From positions 1,873 to 65,872 of the forward strand of contig JAZUES010000123.1 of the NCBI GenBank assembly GCA_045640265.1: DNA of 64,000 bases. Reading direction: 5' to 3'. Both the position numbers and the translations under genes were made by a program. The DNA comes from Solibacillus sp. Lineage in GTDB: Bacteria; Bacillota; Bacilli; Bacillales_A; Planococcaceae. Below, piece by piece: positions 9,918 to 19,645 of this stretch (positions within the stretch are counted from its first letter, which is position 1; every line of letters begins with the position of its first letter). Under the pieces are notes generated by a model, which saw only the letters and a program-made list of their open reading frames with translations, did no database searches and had not been told where the DNA came from.

Positions 9918-10389
9918 CTTCTTCTGCCACCCTTGCTAGTTCCGAAATTTTCATCCTTAACATATCTGCCTCTTCAAGCTCTAGCATCGGAATCGTATGT
10001 ACGGTTGCAGCTGAAGAAATGGAGATATTCGCTACATTGTATTTTTTTAATATTGGACCCTGTTCTGTATCTACATGTTGAACACGTACCATCGGAATAA
10101 GTGTACGTGTCACGACGAATAAACCACTTTGAATCTCAATTTCTTGCTCACGTACTTCATAACGCCAAATTCGCCAACGAACACTTGGGAAAATAACAAT
10201 TGAACAAATAACAGAAAGGATAACTATGCCAACTGAAACCCACATAATCCATTCTGGCCAATCGAATTTTTTCGTTAAAAAAATTATGCCCGCTGTAACA
10301 ATGGCTAAAATAATGGTCTGAATAATTCCGTATAAACGCCAAACAATTTTTGCTTTTTTCGGTAACTGATAATTTGGTTGCTTCCTCAT
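9910..10389 (-). CDS. ydbS: Membrane PH-domain protein YdbS-like
   Basis: WRYEV.EQEIEIQSGLF, IPMVRVQHVDTEQGPI; start moved to ATG 10389 after the AGAGGTGG RBS. Confidence 0.88.
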   Translation of the reverse strand: MRKQPNYQLPKKAKIVWRLYGIIQTIILAIVTAGIIFLTKKFDWPEWIMWVSVGIVILSVICSIVIFPSVRWRIWRYEVREQEIEIQSGLFVVTRTLIPMVRVQHVDTEQGPILKKYNVANISISSAATVHTIPMLELEEADMLRMKISELARVAEEDV

Positions 10390-10418
10390 ACATCCCACCT
10401 CTTTCTTCTCTTATCGTA

Positions 10419-10444
10419 TACGATTGGAAGGCTATTTTGTTTCA
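10419..10444 (-). promoter_or_regulatory. SigW-type ECF promoter of ydbST
   Basis: Minus strand TGAAAC-N16-CGTA, exact consensus; ydbST is a SigW operon in B. subtilis. Confidence 0.85.
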
Positions 10445-10526
10445 TTTTCTCTATTTTTATAAAAAAAAATTTCGCGACAAATAGCGCGAAATTTTATTTT
10501 CTCTTGTACGGGGCTTTCTTATCACT

Positions 10527-10560
10527 AAAAAAACACCAACGAAGAATTCTTCGTTGGTGC
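10527..10560 (-). terminator. Terminator after cshA
   Basis: caccaacgaag-aatt-cttcgttggtg stem with a T-run on the minus strand. Confidence 0.8.
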
Positions 10561-10572
10561 TTCAATTGGATA

Positions 10573-12138
10573 TTAGTCTTCGCGACGAGGACGAGGACGA
10601 CGGTCACGACTTGGAGTTGCGCTTCCACCTTCGCGACGAGCACCACCTTCACGGCGACCTCCATCACGACGTTCTCCACCACGGCTTGCGCCTTCACGAC
10701 GACGTTCTCCGCCACCATTTCCACCACTACTACGACGGTCACCACTGCGACCTCCGCGACCACGATCATTACCACCACGACCACGGCCACCACCGCCACC
10801 GCCGCCTGAACGACGCATTGGAAGTGGACGTTCTTCAGATAATGATACTGGTGTAGCATCAGGTTCTTTAGTAATTGATTTTAATGCTGCAGCGACTAAA
10901 TCTAACGCTTCGTTATTTTCTAATAACTGAGCTGCTAATTCACGATAGCTACCTAAATCATTGTTTTGTACTAATTTCACTAACGCTTGCATTGCATCTT
11001 CTTGTAAACCAACTAACGCTTCATCAGATGTTGGTGGACGTAAAGGAGTCATACGTTTTTTCGTAGTTTCTTCTACGATACGTAAGTAACCCATTTCACG
11101 AGGTGTTACGAATGTTACAGCAACACCTGATTTACCAGCACGACCTGTACGACCGATACGGTGAACGTAAGATTCAGGGTCTTGTGGAATATCAAAGTTG
11201 TAAACATGTGTTACACCTGAGATATCTAAACCACGAGCAGCTACGTCTGTTGCAATTAGGATGTCAATTTTACCTTCTTTGAATTGACGTAATACAGAAA
11301 TACGTTTTGCTTGAGATAAATCACCATGGATACCTTCAGCTATAAAACCACGTAAACCTAAAGCTTGAGAAAGCTCATCAACACGGCGTTTTGTACGGCC
11401 GAAGATGATTGCTAATTCTGGTTTTTGAGAGTCTAATAAACGAGATAACGCTTCGAATTTTTCACGTTCAGTTGCTTTCACGAAGAATTGCTCAATGTTT
11501 TCCATTGTTAATTCTTTCGCTTTAATTTTAACGATTTCTGGGTTTCTCATAAATGTTTCAGCAATTTTACGGATTGCTGGAGGCATTGTAGCAGAGAATA
11601 ATAATGTTTGGCGAGTTGATGGCACGTTTTCTAAAATCGCGTTAATGTCATCAATGAAGCCCATGTTTAACATTTCATCTGCTTCGTCTAATACTAAAGT
11701 TTGAACTTCTTCTAATTTTAATGTACGACGGTTAATATGGTCTTGGATACGACCTGGTGTACCAACAATAATTTGTGGATTGTTTTTAAGAGCACGGATT
11801 TGACGACCGATTTCTTGACCACCATAAACTGATAATAATTTTACACGTTTGTCATAGCCTAATTTATAAAGTTCTTCTGAAACTTGGATTGCTAATTCAC
11901 GAGTTGGGGCAATTACTAAAGCTTGGATATTTGGGTTTTTTGGATCGATTTTCTCGATTAAAGGAATACCAAATGCAGCTGTTTTACCTGTACCAGTTTG
12001 CGCTTGACCTAATACATCACGGCCATCCATTGCAAACTTAACTGTACCTTCTTGGATTGGTGTTACTTCTTCAAATCCCATACGTTTAATTGAACGTAAT
12101 GTAGATTCACTAATATTTAATTCTGAAAAATTTGTCAA
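10573..12138 (-). CDS. cshA: DEAD-box RNA helicase CshA; probable TTG start at 12138
   Basis: Q-motif, [31 protein letters not shown]; Arg/Gly-rich tail; RBS AAGGAG before TTG ACA AAT TTT. Confidence 0.96.
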   Translation of the reverse strand: MTNFSELNISESTLRSIKRMGFEEVTPIQEGTVKFAMDGRDVLGQAQTGTGKTAAFGIPLIEKIDPKNPNIQALVIAPTRELAIQVSEELYKLGYDKRVKLLSVYGGQEIGRQIRALKNNPQIIVGTPGRIQDHINRRTLKLEEVQTLVLDEADEMLNMGFIDDINAILENVPSTRQTLLFSATMPPAIRKIAETFMRNPEIVKIKAKELTMENIEQFFVKATEREKFEALSRLLDSQKPELAIIFGRTKRRVDELSQALGLRGFIAEGIHGDLSQAKRISVLRQFKEGKIDILIATDVAARGLDISGVTHVYNFDIPQDPESYVHRIGRTGRAGKSGVAVTFVTPREMGYLRIVEETTKKRMTPLRPPTSDEALVGLQEDAMQALVKLVQNNDLGSYRELAAQLLENNEALDLVAAALKSITKEPDATPVSLSEERPLPMRRSGGGGGGGRGRGGNDRGRGGRSGDRRSSGGNGGGERRREGASRGGERRDGGRREGGARREGGSATPSRDRRPRPRRED

Positions 12139-12373
12139 ACTCTTCAATCTCCTTTTTTCCTTATAAGTTGACAAATGGTTACATTTTCAGATGAAATGGC
12201 GGCAAATTTCGAGCCATTGTATATGGAACGTTTCCGTTACTTAAAAAATTATCTCTGCTGCATCTTTTGCAGAGTCTCTTATATGAAAAGGAAAGCCCGG
12301 TCATTGCCGAGCGGTTCAATTCTATAGTTTCTTAATTGTTATGCTTGTTCAAAAATAGAATAAAACCGTTATC

Positions 12374-12416
12374 AAAAAAAAGCACTCTTCATCAAAATTG
12401 TCTGAAGAGCCTTCGC
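12374..12416 (-). terminator. Terminator-like hairpin inside the predicted cshA 5' leader
   Basis: RNA GCUCUUCA-(11 nt)-UGAAGAGU-GC-U8, downstream of the SigA promoter at 12442-12470. Confidence 0.6.
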
Positions 12417-12441
12417 ACAAAATGTATCCATTGCTTTCACT

Positions 12442-12470
12442 AGTCTAACACGGGTTGTAACGGTATGCAA
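12442..12470 (-). promoter_or_regulatory. SigA promoter of cshA
   Basis: Minus strand TTGCAT-N17-TAGACT with TGn extended -10. Confidence 0.75.
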
Positions 12471-12501
12471 TGATAATGCTTGTATGAAATCTTCAGACAT
12501 T

Positions 12502-13200
12502 TCATTCATTCCTTAAAAATTGATACACTTCATCGAACCATTGTTCACTGTCATCGCTATAACAAATATGATGCTTCCCACATTTCGAAATATACATATA
12601 TTTTTCTTTTGACTCAATTTGATCGAATAAAAATTGTCCTGTAGTGCTTGGAACAATGCCATCCAACAAGCCTTGAACGATGTATGTTGGGCAATTAACA
12701 TTTGAAATATATGGCTCTATTTTTTGAACAACCTTCATAAATTCAATGGTTGCACTTAGTGGTACATTTTTAAATTTAATTTTATAGCGTGCAAATAATT
12801 CATTGTCTTGCAAATTTTTATCTATCGCATCTTGCGCCATGAAACGAATATCTTTCACTAATTGTTTCGGGCTTACATATTTTGCTGCAGCACTTAGTAA
12901 TACGAGCTTTTTTACTTTATAACGAATCGCTAAATACATGGCAATCACGCCACCCATCGAAAAACCAACGACAATCACTTCATCCACTTGCTTTGCGAGT
13001 TTACGATAAGCAATTTCCGCTTCCATCATCCAATGCTCTGCTTTATAACCCTTCATTGATAAATGTTCCGCTTCTCCATGACCAGAAAATGTTGGGATGG
13101 AGAGGGTCCAATCTATCCGTGCTTTTATATAATCTGCGAATGGCTGCACCTCATAAGGTCCTCCAGAAAATCCATGTAGAAAGAGTACGCCCGTTTTCAA
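12502..13200 (-). CDS. Alpha/beta hydrolase (carboxylesterase/monoacylglycerol lipase-like); probable TTG start at 13200
   Basis: LHGFSG oxyanion motif, GFSMGG nucleophile elbow, QG..D..V, C-terminal His. Confidence 0.88.
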   Translation of the reverse strand: MKTGVLFLHGFSGGPYEVQPFADYIKARIDWTLSIPTFSGHGEAEHLSMKGYKAEHWMMEAEIAYRKLAKQVDEVIVVGFSMGGVIAMYLAIRYKVKKLVLLSAAAKYVSPKQLVKDIRFMAQDAIDKNLQDNELFARYKIKFKNVPLSATIEFMKVVQKIEPYISNVNCPTYIVQGLLDGIVPSTTGQFLFDQIESKEKYMYISKCGKHHICYSDDSEQWFDEVYQFLRNE

Positions 13201-13301
13201 AGAATCACCCATTTCATAGGATATAAAAAGAAAAATTCCCCTTATTGTCCATTTTACTTGATAGCCATTCGACAATAAAAGAAAAAGGCATCAAGCCAGC
13301 T

Positions 13302-14672
13302 TTACGCTAACTTGATCCCCTTAATCACTGTTTCTAATTTCATACCGCGTGAACCTTTTACTAATAAAATTGTTTGCGCAGATGCATCGTTTTCAATTTT
13401 TTCAAGAATGGGTGCATAATCTTGTTCTGAATAAACAAGTTTTGTAGCAGCCATTTTTGCTTGTAATTTATTATATAGCCATTTCATACGTGGGCCGTAT
13501 AAGCAAACCGTATCAATTTTTTGTTCATCGATATGCGCTGCTATTTCTTCGTGGAAACGCTGTTCGTCATCACCAAGCTCTAACATGTCGCCAAGTACTA
13601 GCCATTTTTCAGGGCGAATCGTAGTTTGCTGGACAAAATGAATCGCTGCACGCATCGAAGTTGGGGCCGCATTATACGCATCGTTTATAAATAATAAATC
13701 ACCGACAGGAATGAGTTGCATACGCATATCTGTTAACACAACTTGTTTTAAAGCTGTGCGAATTTGCTCATCCGTTAAGCCGATTGCTTTACTTACAAGC
13801 AACGTATTCAACGTATTTTTCACTTGGTGTTCACCTAATACTGAAATGAAAAAGTCTCCTTCGATTTCTCCTTCAACATGGAAGCTACTTCCTTGTTCAG
13901 TGGCAACAATATTTGACGCAATTAAATTTTGTCCTGGTGTAAAACCAAATGACTGTGTTTTTAAGTTTGGTGTCTTCGCAACTAAGTTTTGAAGTAATGG
14001 TTCATCTCCATCGAAGAAAAGAATGCCTTCTTTTGATAAACCTTGAATAATTTCGAATTTTGCCTTTGCAATGCCTTCACGAGAACCTAAATCTTGCATA
14101 TGTGCCTCACCAATATTAGTAATGATGGCATAATGTGGTCGAGCTAACTTCGTTAAAAATTCAATTTCACCAAAACCACTCATGCCCATTTCAAGCACAG
14201 AAATTTCAGTATCCTCATCCAACTGCAAAATCGTAATCGGTAAACCTAACTGATTATTAAAGTTTCCCATTGTTTTTTGCACTTTAAAATAAGGACTTAA
14301 CGTACCTGCTAAAATATCTTTTGATGACGTTTTACCATTTGAACCCGTTACGCCGATAAACGTTGCTTTATGTTCATTACGATAAGCAATCGCCATTTTT
14401 TGAAGAGCTTGTTCTGGGTCATCGATAAAAATAAGTGGAAGATGTTCAGGTGGATTTGGTTCATCCTTCATCCATAAAGAAGCAGCTGCCCCTTTTTCAA
14501 AAGCTTGCTCTACAAAGCGGTGACCGTTTACCGCTTCCCCTCGGAATGGGATGAACAGGTCACCATGTTTAATTGTACGTGTATCAATTGAAATACCAGT
14601 TACAACAGTATCCTCAAATTTTTGGTTTTCAATTTGCAACCATGTTGCTAATTGTTTTAAATTCTTTTTCAC
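13302..14672 (-). CDS. murF: UDP-MurNAc-tripeptide:D-Ala-D-Ala ligase
   Basis: TGSNGKTS, NNQLGLP, EMGM, DAYNA.P.SM, LGDMLELG, KGSRGM. Confidence 0.97.
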   Translation of the reverse strand: MKKNLKQLATWLQIENQKFEDTVVTGISIDTRTIKHGDLFIPFRGEAVNGHRFVEQAFEKGAAASLWMKDEPNPPEHLPLIFIDDPEQALQKMAIAYRNEHKATFIGVTGSNGKTSSKDILAGTLSPYFKVQKTMGNFNNQLGLPITILQLDEDTEISVLEMGMSGFGEIEFLTKLARPHYAIITNIGEAHMQDLGSREGIAKAKFEIIQGLSKEGILFFDGDEPLLQNLVAKTPNLKTQSFGFTPGQNLIASNIVATEQGSSFHVEGEIEGDFFISVLGEHQVKNTLNTLLVSKAIGLTDEQIRTALKQVVLTDMRMQLIPVGDLLFINDAYNAAPTSMRAAIHFVQQTTIRPEKWLVLGDMLELGDDEQRFHEEIAAHIDEQKIDTVCLYGPRMKWLYNKLQAKMAATKLVYSEQDYAPILEKIENDASAQTILLVKGSRGMKLETVIKGIKLA

Positions 14673-14684
14673 TTTTTATCCCAC

Positions 14685-15758
14685 TCAATCTTTATTGTAT
14701 TGAAGCTTTTGTTTTTCCGCATGGCGTTCAACAGCTAAGCTTAATAATTTTTTAATTAATTGTGGATACGGTAAATTTGTATGCTGCCATAATAATGGGT
14801 ACATACTTACGGGTGTAAATCCTGGCATTGTGTTTACTTCATTGATGTAAATTTCATTGCTTGCTGTTACAAAGAAGTCCGCTCGTACTAAACCTGCACC
14901 ATCAATAGCTTTAAACGCTTTTTTCGCCATATCAACTAAGTCAGCGTAAACTTGTTCTGGAAGTTCGACTGGAATAATTAACGCTGTGGAGCCGTCTTTA
15001 TATTTTGATTCATAATCGTAAAACTCTGTCATTGGTTTGATTTCACCGGCAACTGACACTTTTGGATCGTCATTTCCAAGTACACCAAGTTCGATTTCAC
15101 GTGCAATAATGCCTTGTTCTACAACGATTTTACGGTCATATTGAAGCGCGAATTGTACTGCTTTTTCAAGTTCTGCCGCATTCGATGCTTTACTAATTCC
15201 AACGCTTGAGCCTAAGTTTGCAGGTTTTATGAACATTGGATAGCCTAATGTTTCTTCACATTGTTTTGTTAATTGTGCTGCATTTTTTTCCCATTCACTG
15301 CGAATGAAATATGCGTAAGGGACTTGTGGTAAGCCTGCCATTTCAAAAAGTTGTTTCATGACTACTTTATCCATACCGGCAGCTGAACCAATAACACCGT
15401 TTCCAACGTACGGTACATTTAACACTTCTAAAAAGCCTTGAACGGTTCCATCTTCACCATTTGTACCATGTAATAACGGGAAAATCACATCAAACGGACT
15501 GTTCATATGTGCTTCAATAAATTGAGTTATATTATTTTCAGTTTGAGCTGAAGTAGATTCAAATTGTAATTGTTCAATTGATTGCGCCGCTTCTGTTAAC
15601 TGAGGTCCAACGCGCCACTCACCGTCTAACGTAATAAAGATCGGCGTTACATCATAGTCATTAAAATCTAAAGCTTGCGTTACTGCCTTTGCAGTAGAAA
15701 GCGATACTTCATGCTCCGCAGACTTTCCTCCATATAATAAACCGATTCTTTTTTTCAT
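14685..15758 (-). CDS. ddl: D-alanine--D-alanine ligase
   Basis: GGKSAEHEVS, LHGTNGEDG, GSSVG, FYDYESKY, NEVNTMPGFT. Confidence 0.97.
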   Translation of the reverse strand: MKKRIGLLYGGKSAEHEVSLSTAKAVTQALDFNDYDVTPIFITLDGEWRVGPQLTEAAQSIEQLQFESTSAQTENNITQFIEAHMNSPFDVIFPLLHGTNGEDGTVQGFLEVLNVPYVGNGVIGSAAGMDKVVMKQLFEMAGLPQVPYAYFIRSEWEKNAAQLTKQCEETLGYPMFIKPANLGSSVGISKASNAAELEKAVQFALQYDRKIVVEQGIIAREIELGVLGNDDPKVSVAGEIKPMTEFYDYESKYKDGSTALIIPVELPEQVYADLVDMAKKAFKAIDGAGLVRADFFVTASNEIYINEVNTMPGFTPVSMYPLLWQHTNLPYPQLIKKLLSLAVERHAEKQKLQYNKD

Positions 15759-15868
15759 TTTTTTGACCTCCATTTTTTCACTTTACTTAGTGTATCATGA
15801 ATACCTGCTTCACTAAAATTGTATCCATTTCCGTTATAAAAACACTCACCGCCTAAATGCTGTGAGTG

Positions 15869-16618
15869 TTAGCTAATTTGTATTAATTCATCATAGCCAA
15901 GTTTTAAAATTTCATGTAAATCGTCCCAAACCTCATCTGGGAAATCGTAATCTGATAATGTTCGTACTTCAATCCCGTATTGTCCATTTGGTTTATCTAA
16001 CTTATAAAGTGATAGTAACGCGCCTTCCTTCACAAACGGCCTATATAATCGCAATGTTGAAGGGTCGATCATTGGCGAATTATTTTTACTTTTCCTTCTC
16101 CAAAAACTCCCTGCGCCTTCCTTTTCTTTAATCATTTGATTAAATAAATTTGAAACAAGAATTTCCGAATCGCCAATAAAACGATAATAAACTTTCGTCA
16201 TTTTATCTGAAACAGAAGAATAGTATGCATAACGATTTTGTAGTTTGCTAAAAAACGGGGTCGCTAACGGTTCTCTTTTATGACTGAAATAAAGTAGTTC
16301 TGCTTGCTCCAAGGGCGTTAACGCATTGACATTTTTTTCAGATGTAAAATCAACCCAGCATAAATCGTGCTTTAAATCGCTATCCCTTTTTATAAAATCA
16401 CGTGTATCTTCACTGCTTACAAAGTCGAATTGTGTATGCATATTAAAAGCGCCATCATCATAGTCGTGCTTTAAAAGCAAAACATTTTTCACAGATTCCA
16501 CTGAAGTTAAAAATTGCTTCAATGTAAGCCCACTGTATATAACAAAATGATCGACATCATTCATATGTATATATAAGTGATGCATAAAATCTTCTGCTTC
16601 TTTCATTTTCTTCGCCAC
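15869..16618 (-). CDS. Conserved hypothetical soluble protein (about 250 aa)
   Basis: Long ORF with RBS AAGGAG and its own terminator (15838-15870); EQAELLY..H..PL..PFF.KLQN.YAY motif; no function recognised. Confidence 0.8.
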   Translation of the reverse strand: MAKKMKEAEDFMHHLYIHMNDVDHFVIYSGLTLKQFLTSVESVKNVLLLKHDYDDGAFNMHTQFDFVSSEDTRDFIKRDSDLKHDLCWVDFTSEKNVNALTPLEQAELLYFSHKREPLATPFFSKLQNRYAYYSSVSDKMTKVYYRFIGDSEILVSNLFNQMIKEKEGAGSFWRRKSKNNSPMIDPSTLRLYRPFVKEGALLSLYKLDKPNGQYGIEVRTLSDYDFPDEVWDDLHEILKLGYDELIQIS

Positions 16619-16678
16619 GACATACACGCTCCTTTTAACATGAATAATATGATTATTATATGACTTATTGTGTGATTT

Positions 16679-16704
16679 TGAAACATTTTATACGCGGTTT
16701 CGTC
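16679..16704 (+). promoter_or_regulatory. SigM-type ECF promoter of rodA
   Basis: TGAAAC-N16-CGTC; rodA has a SigM promoter in B. subtilis. Confidence 0.75.
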
Positions 16705-16858
16705 ACTTCTTTTGCAACAAGCTTACTAAAGTATTTTTTCGTAGAATATGATAAAGTTAGACGAGCGAAAAAAATCGCGTCTTTTAACTCGTTGCCTATT
16801 ACAAAATATCAGAATTTGCACGAGTTTAATAGAAAATTTTAATGATAAGGTGAAACGA

Positions 16859-18049
16859 ATGGATTCTAATAATCATAATTTTAATAAACGGTTCGACTGG
16901 TCACTTGCGATTATTATATGCGCGTTTCTTGGTGTTAGTTTACTAGCCATTGCTTCCGCTCAAACTTCTGGGCAATACAATTCAAATTATGTACCACTTC
17001 AACTTCGTGGCTATGTTATTTTTGCAATTATTGTCGCATTTGTCATGTATTTTGATCCCGACCAAATTAAAAGGATGGCTTGGCCACTATATGGATTCGG
17101 CATACTATTACTGATTGCACTCGTAGTTATTCCTGTAAGTACAGGAATTACCGTAGAGCGAAACGGTGCGAAAAGTTGGTTTCAAACCCCAATTGGGAAT
17201 CTTCAACCCGCTGAATTTATGAAAACGTTCTATATTTTAGCGGCTGCCTACTTAATAAGCAAGCACCATGAATACTATCAAAACAAAACAATTAAAACAG
17301 ACTTCATTTTGCTTGGTAAAATTGCCGTAGCTTTACTTGTACCATTAGGATTCATTATGCTACAGCCTGACCTTGGTTCTGCTTTAGTATTTATTGCGAT
17401 TACAGCAGCCTTAGTCATTGTTGCTGGGGTATCATGGAAAATCCTTTTACCGTTAATCGGAGGAACAGCTGTCATTGGCGGTTCACTTTTATGGATGGCC
17501 TTATACATGCAGGATTTCCTTGAAAGTGCATTTGGCTTCCAACCGTATCAATTTGCACGTATTTACTCGTGGCTTGATCCATACTCATACGCTACTTCGG
17601 ATGGGTACCACTTAATTACTTCACTAAATGCAATTGGTTCAGGTGAAATTTTCGGTAAAGGATTTATGGGACGTGAAGTGTACGTTGCGGAAAATCATAC
17701 CGACTTTATTTTCTCTGTAGTTGGGGAAGAATGGGGCTTTATCGGAGCGAGTGCTGTTATTTGTTTATTTTTCTTATTAATTTTCCATTTAACAAAAATG
17801 ACGCTTCTTTTAAAAGATCCATTTAGTACGTATGTTTGCGCGGGGATTATTGCGATGATTACATTCCATGTTTTTGAAAACATTGGGATGACAATTCAAC
17901 TACTTCCGATTACCGGTATCCCATTACCATTCATTAGTTATGGTGGTAGTTCGTTGATGGGGAATGCGCTCGCGATTGGACTTGTATTTAGTATGAAATT
18001 CCATTACCGTACGTATATGTTTACATCGAACGACCCAGAAAATGAATAA
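16859..18049 (+). CDS. rodA: SEDS family peptidoglycan polymerase RodA
   Basis: NGAKSW, QPAEFMK, LQPDLGS, HTDFIF..VGEEWG, LPFISYGGSS; start moved to ATG 16859 (RBS AAGGTG). Confidence 0.9.
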   Translation: MDSNNHNFNKRFDWSLAIIICAFLGVSLLAIASAQTSGQYNSNYVPLQLRGYVIFAIIVAFVMYFDPDQIKRMAWPLYGFGILLLIALVVIPVSTGITVERNGAKSWFQTPIGNLQPAEFMKTFYILAAAYLISKHHEYYQNKTIKTDFILLGKIAVALLVPLGFIMLQPDLGSALVFIAITAALVIVAGVSWKILLPLIGGTAVIGGSLLWMALYMQDFLESAFGFQPYQFARIYSWLDPYSYATSDGYHLITSLNAIGSGEIFGKGFMGREVYVAENHTDFIFSVVGEEWGFIGASAVICLFFLLIFHLTKMTLLLKDPFSTYVCAGIIAMITFHVFENIGMTIQLLPITGIPLPFISYGGSSLMGNALAIGLVFSMKFHYRTYMFTSNDPENE

Positions 18050-18051
18050 AC

Positions 18052-18087
18052 AAAAACGCCCGTTGCAAAATTAGCAACGGGCGTTTT
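18052..18087. terminator. Bidirectional terminator
   Basis: aaaacgcccgttgc-aaaatta-gcaacgggcgtttt. Confidence 0.8.
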
Positions 18088-18095
18088 AAATTTCA

Positions 18096-18233
18096 TTAGT
18101 TTTGTGCTTGTGGAGTTTGCTTCGGTGGTGTTAATACTTTTAAAAGCTCGAGACGCGATTTCGTAACTGTCGCCGTAACACCTATTTTTGATAAGTTCGA
18201 AACAATACGCTTTAAATCAATCTCTTTCGCCAT
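18096..18233 (-). CDS. Small protein, Lmo0850 family-like (45 aa, not in ORF track)
   Basis: MAKEIDLKRIVSNLSKIGVTATVTKSRLELLKVLTPPKQTPQAQN*; RBS GAGGTG; terminator downstream. Confidence 0.8.
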   Translation of the reverse strand: MAKEIDLKRIVSNLSKIGVTATVTKSRLELLKVLTPPKQTPQAQN

Positions 18234-18269
18234 TCCCTTACACCTCAAACTTTCCTTAGTAATATATAT

Positions 18270-18295
18270 AACGAATTAATTTAATATGAGTTTCA
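18270..18295 (-). promoter_or_regulatory. ECF-sigma-type promoter of the small Lmo0850-like gene
   Basis: Minus strand TGAAAC-N16-CGTT. Confidence 0.55.
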
Positions 18296-18600
18296 TTTTT
18301 AGAAGTCAGACCTTTTACTTCTATATGTTACCACGAATCGATAGTTGATAGTTTTGCAAATTTATTACAAAAACCGCTACATTAATTATTAATAACCATT
18401 TAGCCAATAAATTAAACTATTTTTCAGGAATATGTCACAAAAAAATTTCTTTTCATTTATTACAAAATCCGGAAAAAATAATCATCCTAATATTTTATGA
18501 TAAGTTGTGCTTTTTCCTATTCATAATACTGAAAAACATTAATTTTATCATTTTCCACTAAGTTCATTGTTAAAATGTTTTGCAAATAAATTTTAAGCAT

Positions 18601-18630
18601 GTTTAGCAAAAATTACAAGTGGAAATATTG
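18601..18630 (+). promoter_or_regulatory. SigB/SigF-like promoter upstream of the YwqG-like gene
   Basis: GTTTAG-N14-GGAAAT(ATTG). Confidence 0.45.
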
Positions 18631-18738
18631 TAATATCACAAACATTTTATGAAGTTAAAACAACATGTATGAACGCCTTAATTAGGCATATTCTTTTACT
18701 AAGGTTCAAACGAGTGTTACTTCATCGGAGGGAACTTT

Positions 18739-19542
18739 ATGAATAATTGCAATAAAAATATTTACATTCCGAAAGAGTTAAACATTTTCCATTCAAGCTT
18801 AATAAATTCCGCTGAACAAGTAGCGCTATTAAATCCTATTCAACAGTGGGCCTTTTTGCATGAAAGTAAATTTGCTGGACTGCCGTTATTACTCGATAAA
18901 ATGGAGCATCCTAAAGACATAAATAACGATTATATGTTATTTCTAGCACAACTCAACTTTTCAGAATTACAATTAGCACAACCCTTTCCAAAAGAAGGGA
19001 TTTTACAATTTTATATTTCCCAACGATGCTATGAGCAAGTAAAACACCGCTCTGAAAATTGTCATTTCAAGGTGCAATATATACCACCAAGTGAAGACTA
19101 TCTTGACACTGTGCAAGACTTCACCTATTTAAGTGAAGTGAATCTCAGGCATTTCCCGATGCGACATGAGATGAGATTACAAGTCAAAACCCAATTTGAA
19201 CCTGTGTCAGCAACTGACTACCGTTTAGAAAATTACTTTAATAACGAACTAATGAATATCTCTATTACATTGGATGAGCGGTCGTTTCGGGATGTTTATT
19301 TAGAAAACTATTTAGCAGCAGAACATAAAGTTGGCGGCTATCCTTATTTTATTCATGAAGACTTTAGAAAAAGATTTCAATTTTTACAGCACTATAATAC
19401 GTTATTACTTCAAATTGTATCAAATGACGAGCAAGGGATTATGTGGGGGGATAGTGGGATTATTAGCTTCTTCATTAACTCTAAAAAGTTGGCACAACTT
19501 GATTTTTCAGACATTTATTTTCACGTAGAAGAATACGAGTAA
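18739..19542 (+). CDS. YwqG / DUF1963 family protein
   Basis: SKFAG.P, FLAQLNF.EL, P.EGILQFY, HKVGGYPYF, LLLQI.S....MWGDSG...FFI. Confidence 0.85.
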   Translation: MNNCNKNIYIPKELNIFHSSLINSAEQVALLNPIQQWAFLHESKFAGLPLLLDKMEHPKDINNDYMLFLAQLNFSELQLAQPFPKEGILQFYISQRCYEQVKHRSENCHFKVQYIPPSEDYLDTVQDFTYLSEVNLRHFPMRHEMRLQVKTQFEPVSATDYRLENYFNNELMNISITLDERSFRDVYLENYLAAEHKVGGYPYFIHEDFRKRFQFLQHYNTLLLQIVSNDEQGIMWGDSGIISFFINSKKLAQLDFSDIYFHVEEYE

Positions 19543-19645
19543 TCTACTTTTAACAAGCACTCGACAGCTTTTGTTTGAGTGTTTCTTTTTTTGAATATAA
19601 ATAATAAGCTATAATAGTGAAAAACAGTAAAAGTAGGTGATTTTT

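Noticed and set aside
10463-10495. Second inverted repeat aaatttcgcg/cgcgaaattt downstream of cshA
   Set aside because: Most simply a back-up terminator before the SigW promoter; nothing supports another role.
10573-10810. Short imperfect repeats (ccaccttcacg-like)
   Set aside because: They encode RREGG repeats in CshA; not a CRISPR or DNA repeat array.
10378-10859. Thr-rich, His-rich and Val-rich ORFs (10378-10809 +, 10554-10856 +, 10494-10859 -)
   Set aside because: Alternative-frame shadows of the Arg/Gly-rich low-complexity tail of CshA (CGT/GGT codons); no RBS.
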